Below are positions 10,169-20,900 of a stretch of 64,000 bases of DNA, piece after piece (within the stretch, counting starts at the first letter, position 1; every line of letters starts with the position of its first letter). This DNA is from a virus. The notes under the pieces were generated by a model, which worked only from the letters and a program-made list of their open reading frames with translations, was not told where the DNA came from and ran no database searches. Location of the stretch: the IMG/VR virus record IMGVR_UViG_3300022689_000130, positions 80,665-144,664 of that record; one strand, 5' to 3'. A program made the translations under genes and the position numbers.

Positions 10169-10881
10169 CGCAATTACGTTTGGTGGAAGCTGGCCGCCGT
10201 ATCCAATGGGATACATTTCAAGTTCAAGACGAGTATGCAACTCAGTTTCGTATCAATGTGGGTATTGCAATTGTAAGCGAAAGCATGACCGACCTCATGT
10301 TAAGTTACAAGACATGGTCGGGTATTCGGTATCTTAACGAAGATGGAGAATATGAGATAGGATATGGTGTAGGAGATCCAGATAGTCGTCAAGGCTACAC
10401 TGAAGAGCAAGCATATGGAGAATGGATTAGTTTTGTGCGAAATCGACAGCAAAGCCTTCGCAACCAGCTTCCTGTTGTAGCAATCACCCAGGCAGCGTAT
10501 GACGCATTACTCAGCCTTTACATTGATACTGGCACTTGGAGAACAGTAGTGGCTGAAGAAGGCACATATGATCTCGCGGATGCTGTAAAAAATTCTAACT
10601 GGTTACTTGTTGCAGACATAATTTCACGTGGAATCGTCAATCCTGATCTGCGCCGCGCCGAAGCAGGCGTTGTGCAGCTTGGCGCTTATCCTACATTCAA
10701 AACAAGACGTCAGCAGCGCACACAAGGCGTGCAAGAACTGCGTAAGCGTTACATCAACGGACTAACTAACGAATTTGAACGGACTCAGGCTGAGTTCGTT
10801 TATTACCGCCAATTGGGAATTTTCTTGCCAGGCATGAGTCAACTTCGTCAGCGCCGTGTCGTGGCTCAAGCTTTGACTTGA
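10165..10881 (+). CDS. Lysozyme-fold (GH24-like) baseplate protein, catalytic residues apparently lost
   Basis: EIGYG, QAAYDALLS and RRAEA resemble phage lysozyme motifs; the Glu/Asp/Thr triad is not evident. Confidence 0.5.
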   Translation: MTQLRLVEAGRRIQWDTFQVQDEYATQFRINVGIAIVSESMTDLMLSYKTWSGIRYLNEDGEYEIGYGVGDPDSRQGYTEEQAYGEWISFVRNRQQSLRNQLPVVAITQAAYDALLSLYIDTGTWRTVVAEEGTYDLADAVKNSNWLLVADIISRGIVNPDLRRAEAGVVQLGAYPTFKTRRQQRTQGVQELRKRYINGLTNEFERTQAEFVYYRQLGIFLPGMSQLRQRRVVAQALT

Positions 10882-10882
10882 A

Positions 10883-11055
10883 TTATGACACAATCTTTGC
10901 TTTGGGGGCAACTGCGGCGACCTCTGCAAGCAGGCTTTTTTCGTTTTGAAGTTGGAAATCCAGCTACGGAACAGAACGCCGTCCAGCTCAAGGTCAGCAG
11001 TCCAAGGCCGGCTCGAAGTCCAGTTGTCTTTGCGAATGTGAATGCAAACTTTCAT
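10883..11055 (-). pseudogene. Small gene with an apparent one-base frameshift in an A6 run (about 57 aa if restored)
   Basis: Own promoter and AAGGAG RBS; one extra A at 10936-10941 gives ...KKSLLAEVAAVAPKAKIVS ending at TAA 10883-10885, just clear of the converging gene. Confidence 0.55.
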
Positions 11056-11083
11056 ATGTCTTGTCTCCTTTGCTTACAATACC

Positions 11084-11112
11084 AATATAAGCAAAATGCC
11101 TTGGTTTGTCAA
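11084..11112 (-). promoter_or_regulatory. Sigma70-like promoter, antisense within the baseplate operon
   Basis: TTGACA-17 nt-TATATT followed by AAGGAG and ATG 11055. Confidence 0.75.
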
Positions 11113-11147
11113 CAACTATTTTCAAAAATACGTAGTTTTTCTAGGAC

Positions 11148-11154
11148 ATAAATA
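11148..11154 (+). promoter_or_regulatory. T4-type late promoter
   Basis: ATAAATA just upstream of the gp25-like ATG. Confidence 0.65.
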
Positions 11155-11159
11155 TTATT

Positions 11160-11525
11160 ATGGCAACTTTCGTAGGATTTTCCACATTTGGTAAACGCAC
11201 TGGTACTCGTAATTTAGAGGATAAGGAGTTGGCCAAGCGTGATCTGCTTAATAATTTTTATACCCGTCGGGGAGAACGTCTGGGTGAACCAGAGTTTGGT
11301 AGTATACTCCCAGAGCTAGTATTTGAGCAATTTGACCAACTTGTGATTGATGCAGCAGATGAAGATGTTCGTCGGATTATTGATCTAGACCCTCGGTGGA
11401 GGCTCATTGATTATCAAATTGATACTGGTGAAAATGAACTCACCATTGAAGTTCAACTTCAATATGTTCCAGACCTAAGTAACGATACGTTGCTTCTTGA
11501 ATACACAGGCACAGAAGAGATTTAA
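11160..11525 (+). CDS. Baseplate wedge protein, gp25-like
   Basis: TRRGERLGEPEFGS and DPRW motifs. Confidence 0.9.
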   Translation: MATFVGFSTFGKRTGTRNLEDKELAKRDLLNNFYTRRGERLGEPEFGSILPELVFEQFDQLVIDAADEDVRRIIDLDPRWRLIDYQIDTGENELTIEVQLQYVPDLSNDTLLLEYTGTEEI

Positions 11526-11526
11526 C

Positions 11527-14500
11527 ATGGCCCAAAGCGTAAGACAAAGAAATCTATTTTCAGCTGAAGATTTCCGATTGATTTATGACAGCTTCAAACA
11601 GGCAAACTTCCAAGCTTATGACTACGATTCAATACGTGGTGCATTGGTTGATTACGTCAAGCAACAATATCCAGAAAATTTCAACGACTGGATTCAATCA
11701 AGTGAGTTTGTTGCATTAATCGAGACCTTAGCATTCCTCGCACACAGTTTAGCATTTCGTATTGATCAGGCTGGACGAGAGAACTTTCTAAGTACCGCTG
11801 AGCGCCGCGCGAGTATTTTGCGCATTGCAGACTTTCTAGGCTACACACCAACACGTCATCAGCCAGCGCGCGGCGAGCTAAAAGTTGTCAGTATTCGCAC
11901 GACTCAAGACGTCTTTGATATAAACGGCAACTCACTTAAGAATAAGAGCGTGGATTTTGAAGATGATTTCCAGAACTTCTTGCTAGTTATGAACTCAGTA
12001 CTCAGTGAAAATAACAAGTTTGGTCGCCCAACTAGCAGTATTCGGATTGGAAATATCAAGAATGATATCTATGCGACAAATATCGCACCAGGCCGTGATG
12101 TAGTGTTTTCATTTAATGGCGAAGTTAATGGTGCTCGTAGACCATTTGAAGTGCATGGTTTAGAGATCAATCAAGCCACTAAATCATTGCAAGAAAGTGA
12201 ACCTAACCCAGAAGACAGTTTTGATCTTGTCTATAAAAATGACGGGCAAGGTTTAGGAAGTAACAATACCGGGTTTTTTGTGGGCTTCAAACAAGGCTCT
12301 TTACAGTTCAACGATGTAAATGCTGATAGCGCGATTAGTAACCTAATAATCGATATTGGCACAACCAATGTCAATAACAATGATGTTTGGGTTCAAGAAA
12401 TCAATAATGATGGACAAGTGCAAGAAACCTGGACCAAGGTTGACAGTAGTTTTGGTGCCAACACCGTGTTTAACAATATTCGCCAAGACAATCGTAAGCT
12501 TTACACAGTTAAAACTGTTGAAGATGATAATATCAACGTGGTATTTGGTGATGGCGTATTTAGCGACATACCGAACGGCCTAATAAGAATCTGGTATCGC
12601 AATGGATTGAATCAGACATACACACTCGATCCAGAAGACATTGGCACTGCAACGTTTGGATTCAAATACAATGCTGCCGATAATAACACGTATACAGTAA
12701 CATTTACCTTAGAATTGCAAGAGCCTGTCACAAATGCAGCGGCGCAGGAATCAGTCACTAGTATCAAAAATAATGCCGGCAGAGTTTTTGCAGCGCAGGA
12801 CCGTCTGATTACTGCCGAAGATTACTCTGCATACCCTCTAAGTGTTAGTGAAAATGTTAAAAAAATCAAAGCTATCAATCGCACTTATGCAGGCCATAGT
12901 CGCTTTATCAAACCACAGGATCCAACCGGCCAATACCAAAGTGTTGATATGTTGGCTGATGACGGTTATATCTACAGTGAGCCTGTCAATTATCGAACAA
13001 CCCTGCGTCTACCAAGCACACTTAACGCAGAACAAATTTACGAACGTTATGTTGCTGATGTTATCAAGAATCCGGAAGTTATCAATTTATTTTACGACAA
13101 ATTTGTAGAAACAGACATAGACTTTGAATTAGAATCTACTAGCTTTGAATGGCAGCAAATCACCAGTGGCTATCGCGGTTCAACTGGTTATTTTACACAG
13201 GACGGCGTGATCAAAAAAATTGGCAGCAACGCAACAACAGATATGAATATTGCCCGGCCCGGTAGCATTGTTGAGTTTATTGAAACTCCGTATAACAACG
13301 GCACAATCGGCACAATCGGGCAAACTCTGCAGATTATAAATGCAGGTAGCGGATACACTGCAACACCATTGGTCGAAATTTTAGGGACAGGCAATGGTGC
13401 AACAGCAGAAGCAACCATTGCCGGCGGTCAACTCTCGGCAGTTACAATCACAAATGGAGGCACTGGATATCAGAATCCAGTTGCAGTGAGAATTGTTGGC
13501 GGGGGCGGGACAGGTGCTGAAGTGGCAGCAACGGCTAGCAGTGCAACTCGAACTTGGGCTCGAGTGGTAGATGTTGTTCTCGACGGACAAGGAATCATTG
13601 ATAGCAACGGTAATCCAACTGGACTTACAACCAGAGGCCAAGGAGCAGTTGTTCTGAATAAAGCAATTCCGAATACTGCAAGAGTTACTCGAGTTTTCCC
13701 AGCATATGCGACCCAATTTTCATTAGACGAGCGTGACGCTATTATCACAGAAATTGAAGGACGTAATACATTTGGTTTACGTTTTGATGCTTTTGCAAGT
13801 GAATGGAAGATTGTCCGCGCGGGCGATCTTGCACCGACAAACGAAAATAGTCCAAACTTCTTTAGCTTTGATAATGCAGGCAATACATCAAGCAGTAACC
13901 TTGATAATAGCTGGATAGTTCGCGTTGAATACACTGCAGACGCTTGGACAATTGTCACACGTCGCACACGTTATGTATTTGGTAGCGACGAACGCATTCG
14001 TTTCTACAATCAGAATGGCAACATGAGATTCAATATTGAAACCAACAAACCAGAGCGTGATCGTATAATTGTTAAAGGAGTCAATACACGACCGAATGGC
14101 AACGGATTTTCAATTGGTAATGATCAGACATTTTTTGTTTACAAATATTACACTGAGCCTGACGGATACACAGATGGTCGTAAAGTAATCATTACAGTAG
14201 CCGATGTTGACAACGACAATTATCCAGACGATCCGTTAGCATTTAAGGATATAACTGGTGCAGATACAATCAATTTGAATACAATTTTCGAAGACGGATT
14301 CGCATATACTGTCCGTTCAGATACAGGAACGGCTGTGCCGGGCAGAGAATTTTTGGATTTCAAATGGAAACGAGTAAGCGCAAGCAATTATCGTATCGAC
14401 CCGAGCCTCAGCAATATTATTGATGTATTCGTGCTCAATCAAAATTATGATAACAACTTTCGCAAGTGGATCGCTGATAGCCGCCAGGCAGCAACTCGTC

Positions 14501-14955
14501 CAGAACCGCCAGATGCAGTTGATCTTGAACGTCAGTTTGCCAGCTTGAATACTAAAAAAGCAATAAGTGATAGCATTGTATATCGGGCTGCGGAATATAA
14601 AGTTTTGTTTGGTGAACTCGCAGATGTTGAACTGCAAGGAAAATTTAGGGTGGTTAAGGTAGCAGGCACAACACTTACTGACAACGAAATCAAATCACGT
14701 ATTCTAGCAATTATCAAAGATTTCTTCAATATCGAAAATTGGGATTTTGGTGAAATATTCTATTTTACTGAGTTGAGTGCATATATTCATCAGCAGATGC
14801 CAGGGGTAATAAGTAGCGTAGTAATCACCCCAATACAATCTAATAGCAAATTCGGTGATTTATTCCAGGTCATTCCAGAAAGTAACGAGTTGTTCATCCC
14901 GGACGTAACACTACAAGACATTGAAATTGTCAACTCATTAAATACATTAAGGTAA
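11527..14955 (+). CDS. Baseplate wedge protein, gp6-like
   Basis: ENFLSTAERRAS...LGY, FGDG.F..IP, QDRLITAEDY; probable start ATG 11527. Confidence 0.88.
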   Translation: MAQSVRQRNLFSAEDFRLIYDSFKQANFQAYDYDSIRGALVDYVKQQYPENFNDWIQSSEFVALIETLAFLAHSLAFRIDQAGRENFLSTAERRASILRIADFLGYTPTRHQPARGELKVVSIRTTQDVFDINGNSLKNKSVDFEDDFQNFLLVMNSVLSENNKFGRPTSSIRIGNIKNDIYATNIAPGRDVVFSFNGEVNGARRPFEVHGLEINQATKSLQESEPNPEDSFDLVYKNDGQGLGSNNTGFFVGFKQGSLQFNDVNADSAISNLIIDIGTTNVNNNDVWVQEINNDGQVQETWTKVDSSFGANTVFNNIRQDNRKLYTVKTVEDDNINVVFGDGVFSDIPNGLIRIWYRNGLNQTYTLDPEDIGTATFGFKYNAADNNTYTVTFTLELQEPVTNAAAQESVTSIKNNAGRVFAAQDRLITAEDYSAYPLSVSENVKKIKAINRTYAGHSRFIKPQDPTGQYQSVDMLADDGYIYSEPVNYRTTLRLPSTLNAEQIYERYVADVIKNPEVINLFYDKFVETDIDFELESTSFEWQQITSGYRGSTGYFTQDGVIKKIGSNATTDMNIARPGSIVEFIETPYNNGTIGTIGQTLQIINAGSGYTATPLVEILGTGNGATAEATIAGGQLSAVTITNGGTGYQNPVAVRIVGGGGTGAEVAATASSATRTWARVVDVVLDGQGIIDSNGNPTGLTTRGQGAVVLNKAIPNTARVTRVFPAYATQFSLDERDAIITEIEGRNTFGLRFDAFASEWKIVRAGDLAPTNENSPNFFSFDNAGNTSSSNLDNSWIVRVEYTADAWTIVTRRTRYVFGSDERIRFYNQNGNMRFNIETNKPERDRIIVKGVNTRPNGNGFSIGNDQTFFVYKYYTEPDGYTDGRKVIITVADVDNDNYPDDPLAFKDITGADTINLNTIFEDGFAYTVRSDTGTAVPGREFLDFKWKRVSASNYRIDPSLSNIIDVFVLNQNYDNNFRKWIADSRQAATRPEPPDAVDLERQFASLNTKKAISDSIVYRAAEYKVLFGELADVELQGKFRVVKVAGTTLTDNEIKSRILAIIKDFFNIENWDFGEIFYFTELSAYIHQQMPGVISSVVITPIQSNSKFGDLFQVIPESNELFIPDVTLQDIEIVNSLNTLR

Positions 14956-14963
14956 ATTAATAA

Positions 14964-17900
14964 ATGGCAAACAAATATCGAGCCAATCCAAAAGACGTAA
15001 AAAACTTTACTCAGAGCTCTGAAATAAAGCTGTCACAAGACTTTCAAGACTACAGTGAGTTTCTGCCGAATGTCAATCGCAGTGAATCATTGCAGAGATT
15101 CTTTGGTGCAACTGTCAATCAATTACTCAGCAGTGGATCGACACAAAGCATTGATACCTATTGGGGGCGTCTCGCCGGCCGCAATTATAATCCAAACAGT
15201 GAGCTATTCAATCCAGAAACAGATGCTATACGCCTCAATTATCAATTTCAGCCTGGCACAGTGAGTAAGTCGGAAGGCGAAACACAACAAACTGTGAGCT
15301 ATATCAATTGGCTTAAAAGACTTGAAAGCTTGGGGTCTGACCTAAACAATCATGATCGTCTATTTGCAGAGCCGGGATATGTTCTAGATCTTCCTATTAA
15401 TGCAGATATGTTCATTAATTACCGTAATTACTATTGGATTGAAGGTTTAATTCCGGTTATCGAAATTGAACCAACTAGTGCTGATCCGATCGTCTTAGAC
15501 GACATTGTATCGCAGAGCCAATATACTACACCTGAATTGAGTAATCACAAAGAAGTTACTTTTGTAAATGGTTTGTTGGTCAAGTTCACTGGACCGTATG
15601 TATCAAGCACCAGTGGAAATTGGTTCACAGATTGGACTTATTATATTGAAAATGTAGGCGGGGCAGATGGAATTCAACTCGTGCCTAAATTCGATGCGGC
15701 AGGAAATGATTTATTCCCAAGTTTAACACCATACGAAGTTCCGATTCGAGAAGGATGGGATACGGTTGAATGGGATACTACAGCATGGGATGGTACCGCG
15801 CCCTTTGCGTCTTATGATGTGAACACAACCTTTGAGCGCCAAGATCTCAATCTTAATAAGAGCTATATTGTTATGGAACGCTGGGCGGCGGACAAGAACG
15901 CTTGGGCCCGCAGCAATAAGTGGTTCAGTATTCATGCCCTGCGCCAGGCAACAGAATTCAATGATCTAGACCTTAATGCATATTTGAATGTGCGCACACG
16001 AGCTGATCGACCAATTCTTGAATATCGTGCAAACATGGAATTGTTCAAACACTGCAAAAACTATGTTGAAACTGTAGACTATGCTATTAGTCTCGACCAA
16101 GCTACTGAAATGCTAAGCGGTATTGATCAGTTTGCAATTGACGACGAAAATGTTATACAGAACGGCGATATAGTTCTTGTTGCAAAGATAAACGATGATG
16201 GCCCTGGCCCATTTAGTGGGGCATTTAGCAGCGCATTTAACGTCGGTGTGCAGAGCGTATATTTCGGAGATGCATTTGTAGTAGATGGTGTTGGTAGCAA
16301 TATAACATTGACGCCATATGCAAGTTACAGTGTCGACGATTACGTTATTGTTGGCAAAGGCACTGAGCGGGGTGCGGTCTATTGCCTTGAGCAAGAAGGC
16401 GAGGGCTGGAAGCTATCTCAAAACAAACTCAAGGCCGGCACCGCCCCGCTTTTCAATCTTTATGATCAGGATAACCATCCTCTGAGCGATCGCACAGAAA
16501 ACGACTTTGCTGGCGATCCTGTTTTCCGTTACAAGCCAAATCCAAATGGTGCTATTGATAAGGAATTGGGTTTCGCACCGACGTTTACCGAGCAAGGATC
16601 GTTCAATAATTATGATTTTGAATGGACGTTGAGTAATACCCGTTACAATGAAAACATCACAGTAGAGACTAGCGAAGAGATTCGTGGATACTACTTCTGG
16701 CGTGATCACGTTCGTAATGAATACTTTAATGGCTGGAGTAATATTCGTGGCGGTCAGCGTGTTCCTATTATACAAACCATTTTGGCTAATGGAGTGGATA
16801 ACCCAGAATTTGAGCTAGGCACCGATAAAGTCTCATACACAACTGAATACACAATTGAACTTAATGATGATGCATATCGTTTCAGCGAGCATAGCTATAT
16901 TGATGTACATCCAGTCGGTTATGCTAATCCAGAAATGATTTGGAAGACCGACACAGTATACACGGTTAACACACTAATTTCAGACCCTACACGCATGCCA
17001 GTATTTCTTGATGCCCAAGGAAATCCGAATGCAGAAATCGTTGTGACAGTTGTCAGCGATGTGTTGGCCGAGATCACGATTAATGACGCATATCCATTTG
17101 ATAAGTTGCGTTACCAAGATCCAAGTGATAGCACAAACTTTGGTGAGATCTTCCTCAGTAACACAAATCAAAATCGTTACACAGTTCAACTAAATGGACA
17201 ATATCTTAAAGAAGATGTAGACTATACCTTTTCTGGCACCAAAATTACAGTTACAGCCGAGACACAAGAAAATGACGTTCTAGAATTGATGTATGTTGCA
17301 GATGCTGACATTCAAAATGTTGTTTACGATGTTGCTCCAGTGCATTTCTTCAATAGTGAAAACCGTCCATTTGTTGGCGCCGGTTATGACGATTTGATTA
17401 AGCATTTTACCCGTCAGCTAACTGCATTGCCAGGCTTCGAAGGTGATTTAGGTGGCATCAACAACTACCACAATATTCTTCGACTTCATTCATATGATGG
17501 GTTAATTCGCCAGCAAATCTTCCAAACCAAAAAGGCGCAATACCTAATCGATCAAGAATCAATTAACCCGATTCGTGCACTCAAAAGTGTATCACGTGAC
17601 TATGATGACTTCAAAACAACTTTCAAGAACAAAGTTCGTCAATTATGGGAAAATGAAAGCTGGGAAAACGTGCGCGCAATTGTCGACCGTGCAGTAAGTG
17701 ATATCAATATCGGTAAGAATAAAGAATTCAAATACGCTTACAGTGACATGTTATATGCGCGCCGATTCCAAAGTTTTGCATACCTGATTGATAAAGATTC
17801 ACCAGCACTAATTTACGAGGTGCCAGAAACAATTAACTGTTATGGTGATAAAAAAAATCATCTGCAAATCTGGATCAAAGAATTTGATTTTGCATTAGAT

Positions 17901-20900
17901 CAATTTATCGAACGGCCGCTGGTAAAGGGCAAAGACTATATAATTGAAGGTAATCGTATCATATTGCAATTTGTTCCTGACGTTGGTGTAAGAAATGTTG
18001 TCAATGCTAGCGATAATGTTGTCAATGCAGCATATAATGTCATTGTTGGTAGAGAAATACCAGGCGAAGAGCCAACACTTGTTATTCGTTGGTATGATTA
18101 TCGTCAGACTAGTCATGTTCCATTCAGTGCAGTTAAACTCGGCTTCTTCCGTCCGACTTGCCCGGAAATTATTGACGGTGTTTTGATTGGACACGACAAT
18201 AGCCGTTACGCATTGACCGGCACAACAATTTTCGATCTTGACAGTCCAAACTTTGACATTGTCGCAGCTTGCCTATACGACTTTGAATTGCGTATTTTCA
18301 ATAACCTGGTGGATAAACATTTTGTCACACCAAACTTTGGTTTCGATATGCGTGAGTTCTATCCTAACCCGGTTGGAGAATTTCCATACGCTATAGCCGA
18401 TCTCAATAGTAGGCTGGATGATTGGTATAATCGTTATGCAATTCGTAATGGAATCGACGAAATCGACACAGATGATCGTTACGATGCAGCTGATCAATTT
18501 ACTTGGAATTACTCAACAGTGGGTCCTGGTCTAGGCAGTTGGCGCTCACTTTATGTTTACAACTTTGGGACCGACCGACCACACACTCACCCTTGGGAGA
18601 TGCTAGGCCACTATGTCAAACCAGACTGGTGGGATGACAATTACTCTTGGGATGCAGGACCGCGGCGCGATGCATTGATTAACGCGCTCAAGTATGGTGT
18701 AACTGGCAATAATCTAGGACCAGATTATGTCAACACCAAATATGCTCGTAGTCAATACGATTGGACTAATGATGTATTGGTAACTGATGATGGCAGCGCA
18801 ACTCTCAATCCACCTGTTGATGCAAATGTAGTTTCTGCGCCGACCAGCCAGGATGCATCAAGGCCATTTGTGTTTGGTGATTGGAGTGATATTGAAGACG
18901 AATGGCGTAAGAGTAGCGATTATTTGTTTGCACTTGCAGAGGTGTTTTTACAAGTTCGCCCATATCGAACACATGAACTATTTTGGATGCTTGATCGTTG
19001 GAATGTTAACCGAGCACCAACACAGGAACAATGGAGAAACGAAGACACGTGTCAGCGTATCGGCAGCACAGAAATTCACAACCAGCTATTAACCGAAGGA
19101 TTAGTTGTTGGTGTTCGTGTCCGTGAACCAGGCACTGGGTATTCAAGTCTTGGGTTGAAATTCCGTCCTAACCATATTTGTTATCGAAACGCCGAGGCCA
19201 CAGCCTATGTTGAAGCAGGGCAAGTAAGCAGTGTGTCAATAACTGATCCTGGTCGAGGATTTGTCAGTCAGCCAGAAGTAGAACTCACTGAACCATTTGG
19301 AAGTGAGGGTGTTGAACTTGAATATATAATTGATCGCAATTATCATCTTACCCAACTTGGCTTTAATAGTTTGCCAGGCGAAGAATTCCGTGTTAATGTG
19401 ACTGACACAAACGAACTCGCCACCACACTCAAGCAACTTGACATCAATTATATGCTGCATGTTGGTGGCTATACAGACAAGAGAATTCTTGCAATCGAAG
19501 CCGATGTTAATACCGGTGCAGATAGTATTCGTATTCCGGAAAGTAGCTACGATATTTTCATTGATCGCAATGCTCCAAATACAATTGCTTTCTATTCGGG
19601 TGTGCGTATTGAAAAGTTAGACGTTGGTTACCGCGTTACCGGATACAATTTAGACAGTCAGTTCTTCTACTACCTGAAGCCAAGCACTGCCGGCAAGCAA
19701 GTCGGTGTCGACATTGGCAATGTAACAGTCACCAAATATCTCAATTGGCGTAATGAAGTTGCGCGGGTGCCATATCGTACAATATTCCGTAAGCGCCAGG
19801 AATTGTATGATTTTCTTTTGGGTCTTGGTCAATACTATGAAACAATTGGTTTCAGTGTCAAAGATCAATGGGATACTGAAGCTAGAGCAGCGATTCGTTG
19901 GTCACTCGACAGCACCCAAGTTGACCCTTTTTATGCAAATGGTATTGCTGATACACTTGTTTATCGTCAAGGCGATCAAGGAGTGGTGCAAACAATCGAT
20001 GTAAATTATGACGGAATTCCCAACGTATTAGACAGTGACTTTAAGACGATCCGTCGTAATGAAATGCTGGTTTTGCGCAACGAAGATACGACTGAAATGT
20101 CTCTTAAAAGTGGTGATGATCGTCTATTTGGGGTAGGCGTACGAGTTGTCGAATTTGAGCACGTGATAACCTTTGATAATACTAGTGACTTCAATGACAT
20201 TCTTTATCAGCCAGAGATTGGTGTAGGGCAAAATCGTATTCGACTGATTGGCGAACGAACACGCAATTGGAATGGACGTATTGAAGCACCTGGTTATATT
20301 GTTCGAGATCGTGGATTGCTACTTAATATTGAAAGCAGTGTGCGCGAAATTGAAAATGACTGGATTACATCAGAAAGCAAAGCACTTGAAAGATTAACAA
20401 GACAGACGATAGGATTTAACGTTGGCTATGCAAAACCTACATATATGAAGGATACCTTTGTAGGCGATCGTTCTGCTTATAATTTTGAAAAGGGTGCGCG
20501 AAAATACAAAGGTACTGAAAGTGCATTGGAAGCGTTTACGCGCAATAAGAATATTTTTGGTTCTGAGTTTGAGCATGAGTTATACGAAGACTGGATGGTG
20601 CGATTGGGAGATTATGGTGATACAAGTGAGAGAAACCCATTACAATTCCAAGTTGTGCATGACAAAATTAAGGGTGATCCGCAACAATTCCGCTTTAGCG
20701 ATACGTTTGTAAGTGATAAGAGTGATGACCTTGTTATTGACCTATTCAAAGGCGGCAATGAAGCCATCAGCGGCAACTATTCTGCACCGTTTAGCCAATA
20801 TCCTGTTTTGCGATTGGACAATCAAAGTATCAATGACCTAGAGCTGTTACAAGAGTTTACTCGTGATGCCGGCCTGCCTCTCGTGACTGAAATTGATAAT

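Noticed and set aside
10885-11151. 88-aa plus-strand ORF between the lysozyme-like and gp25-like genes
   Set aside because: Promoter and RBS signals support the minus-strand gene instead
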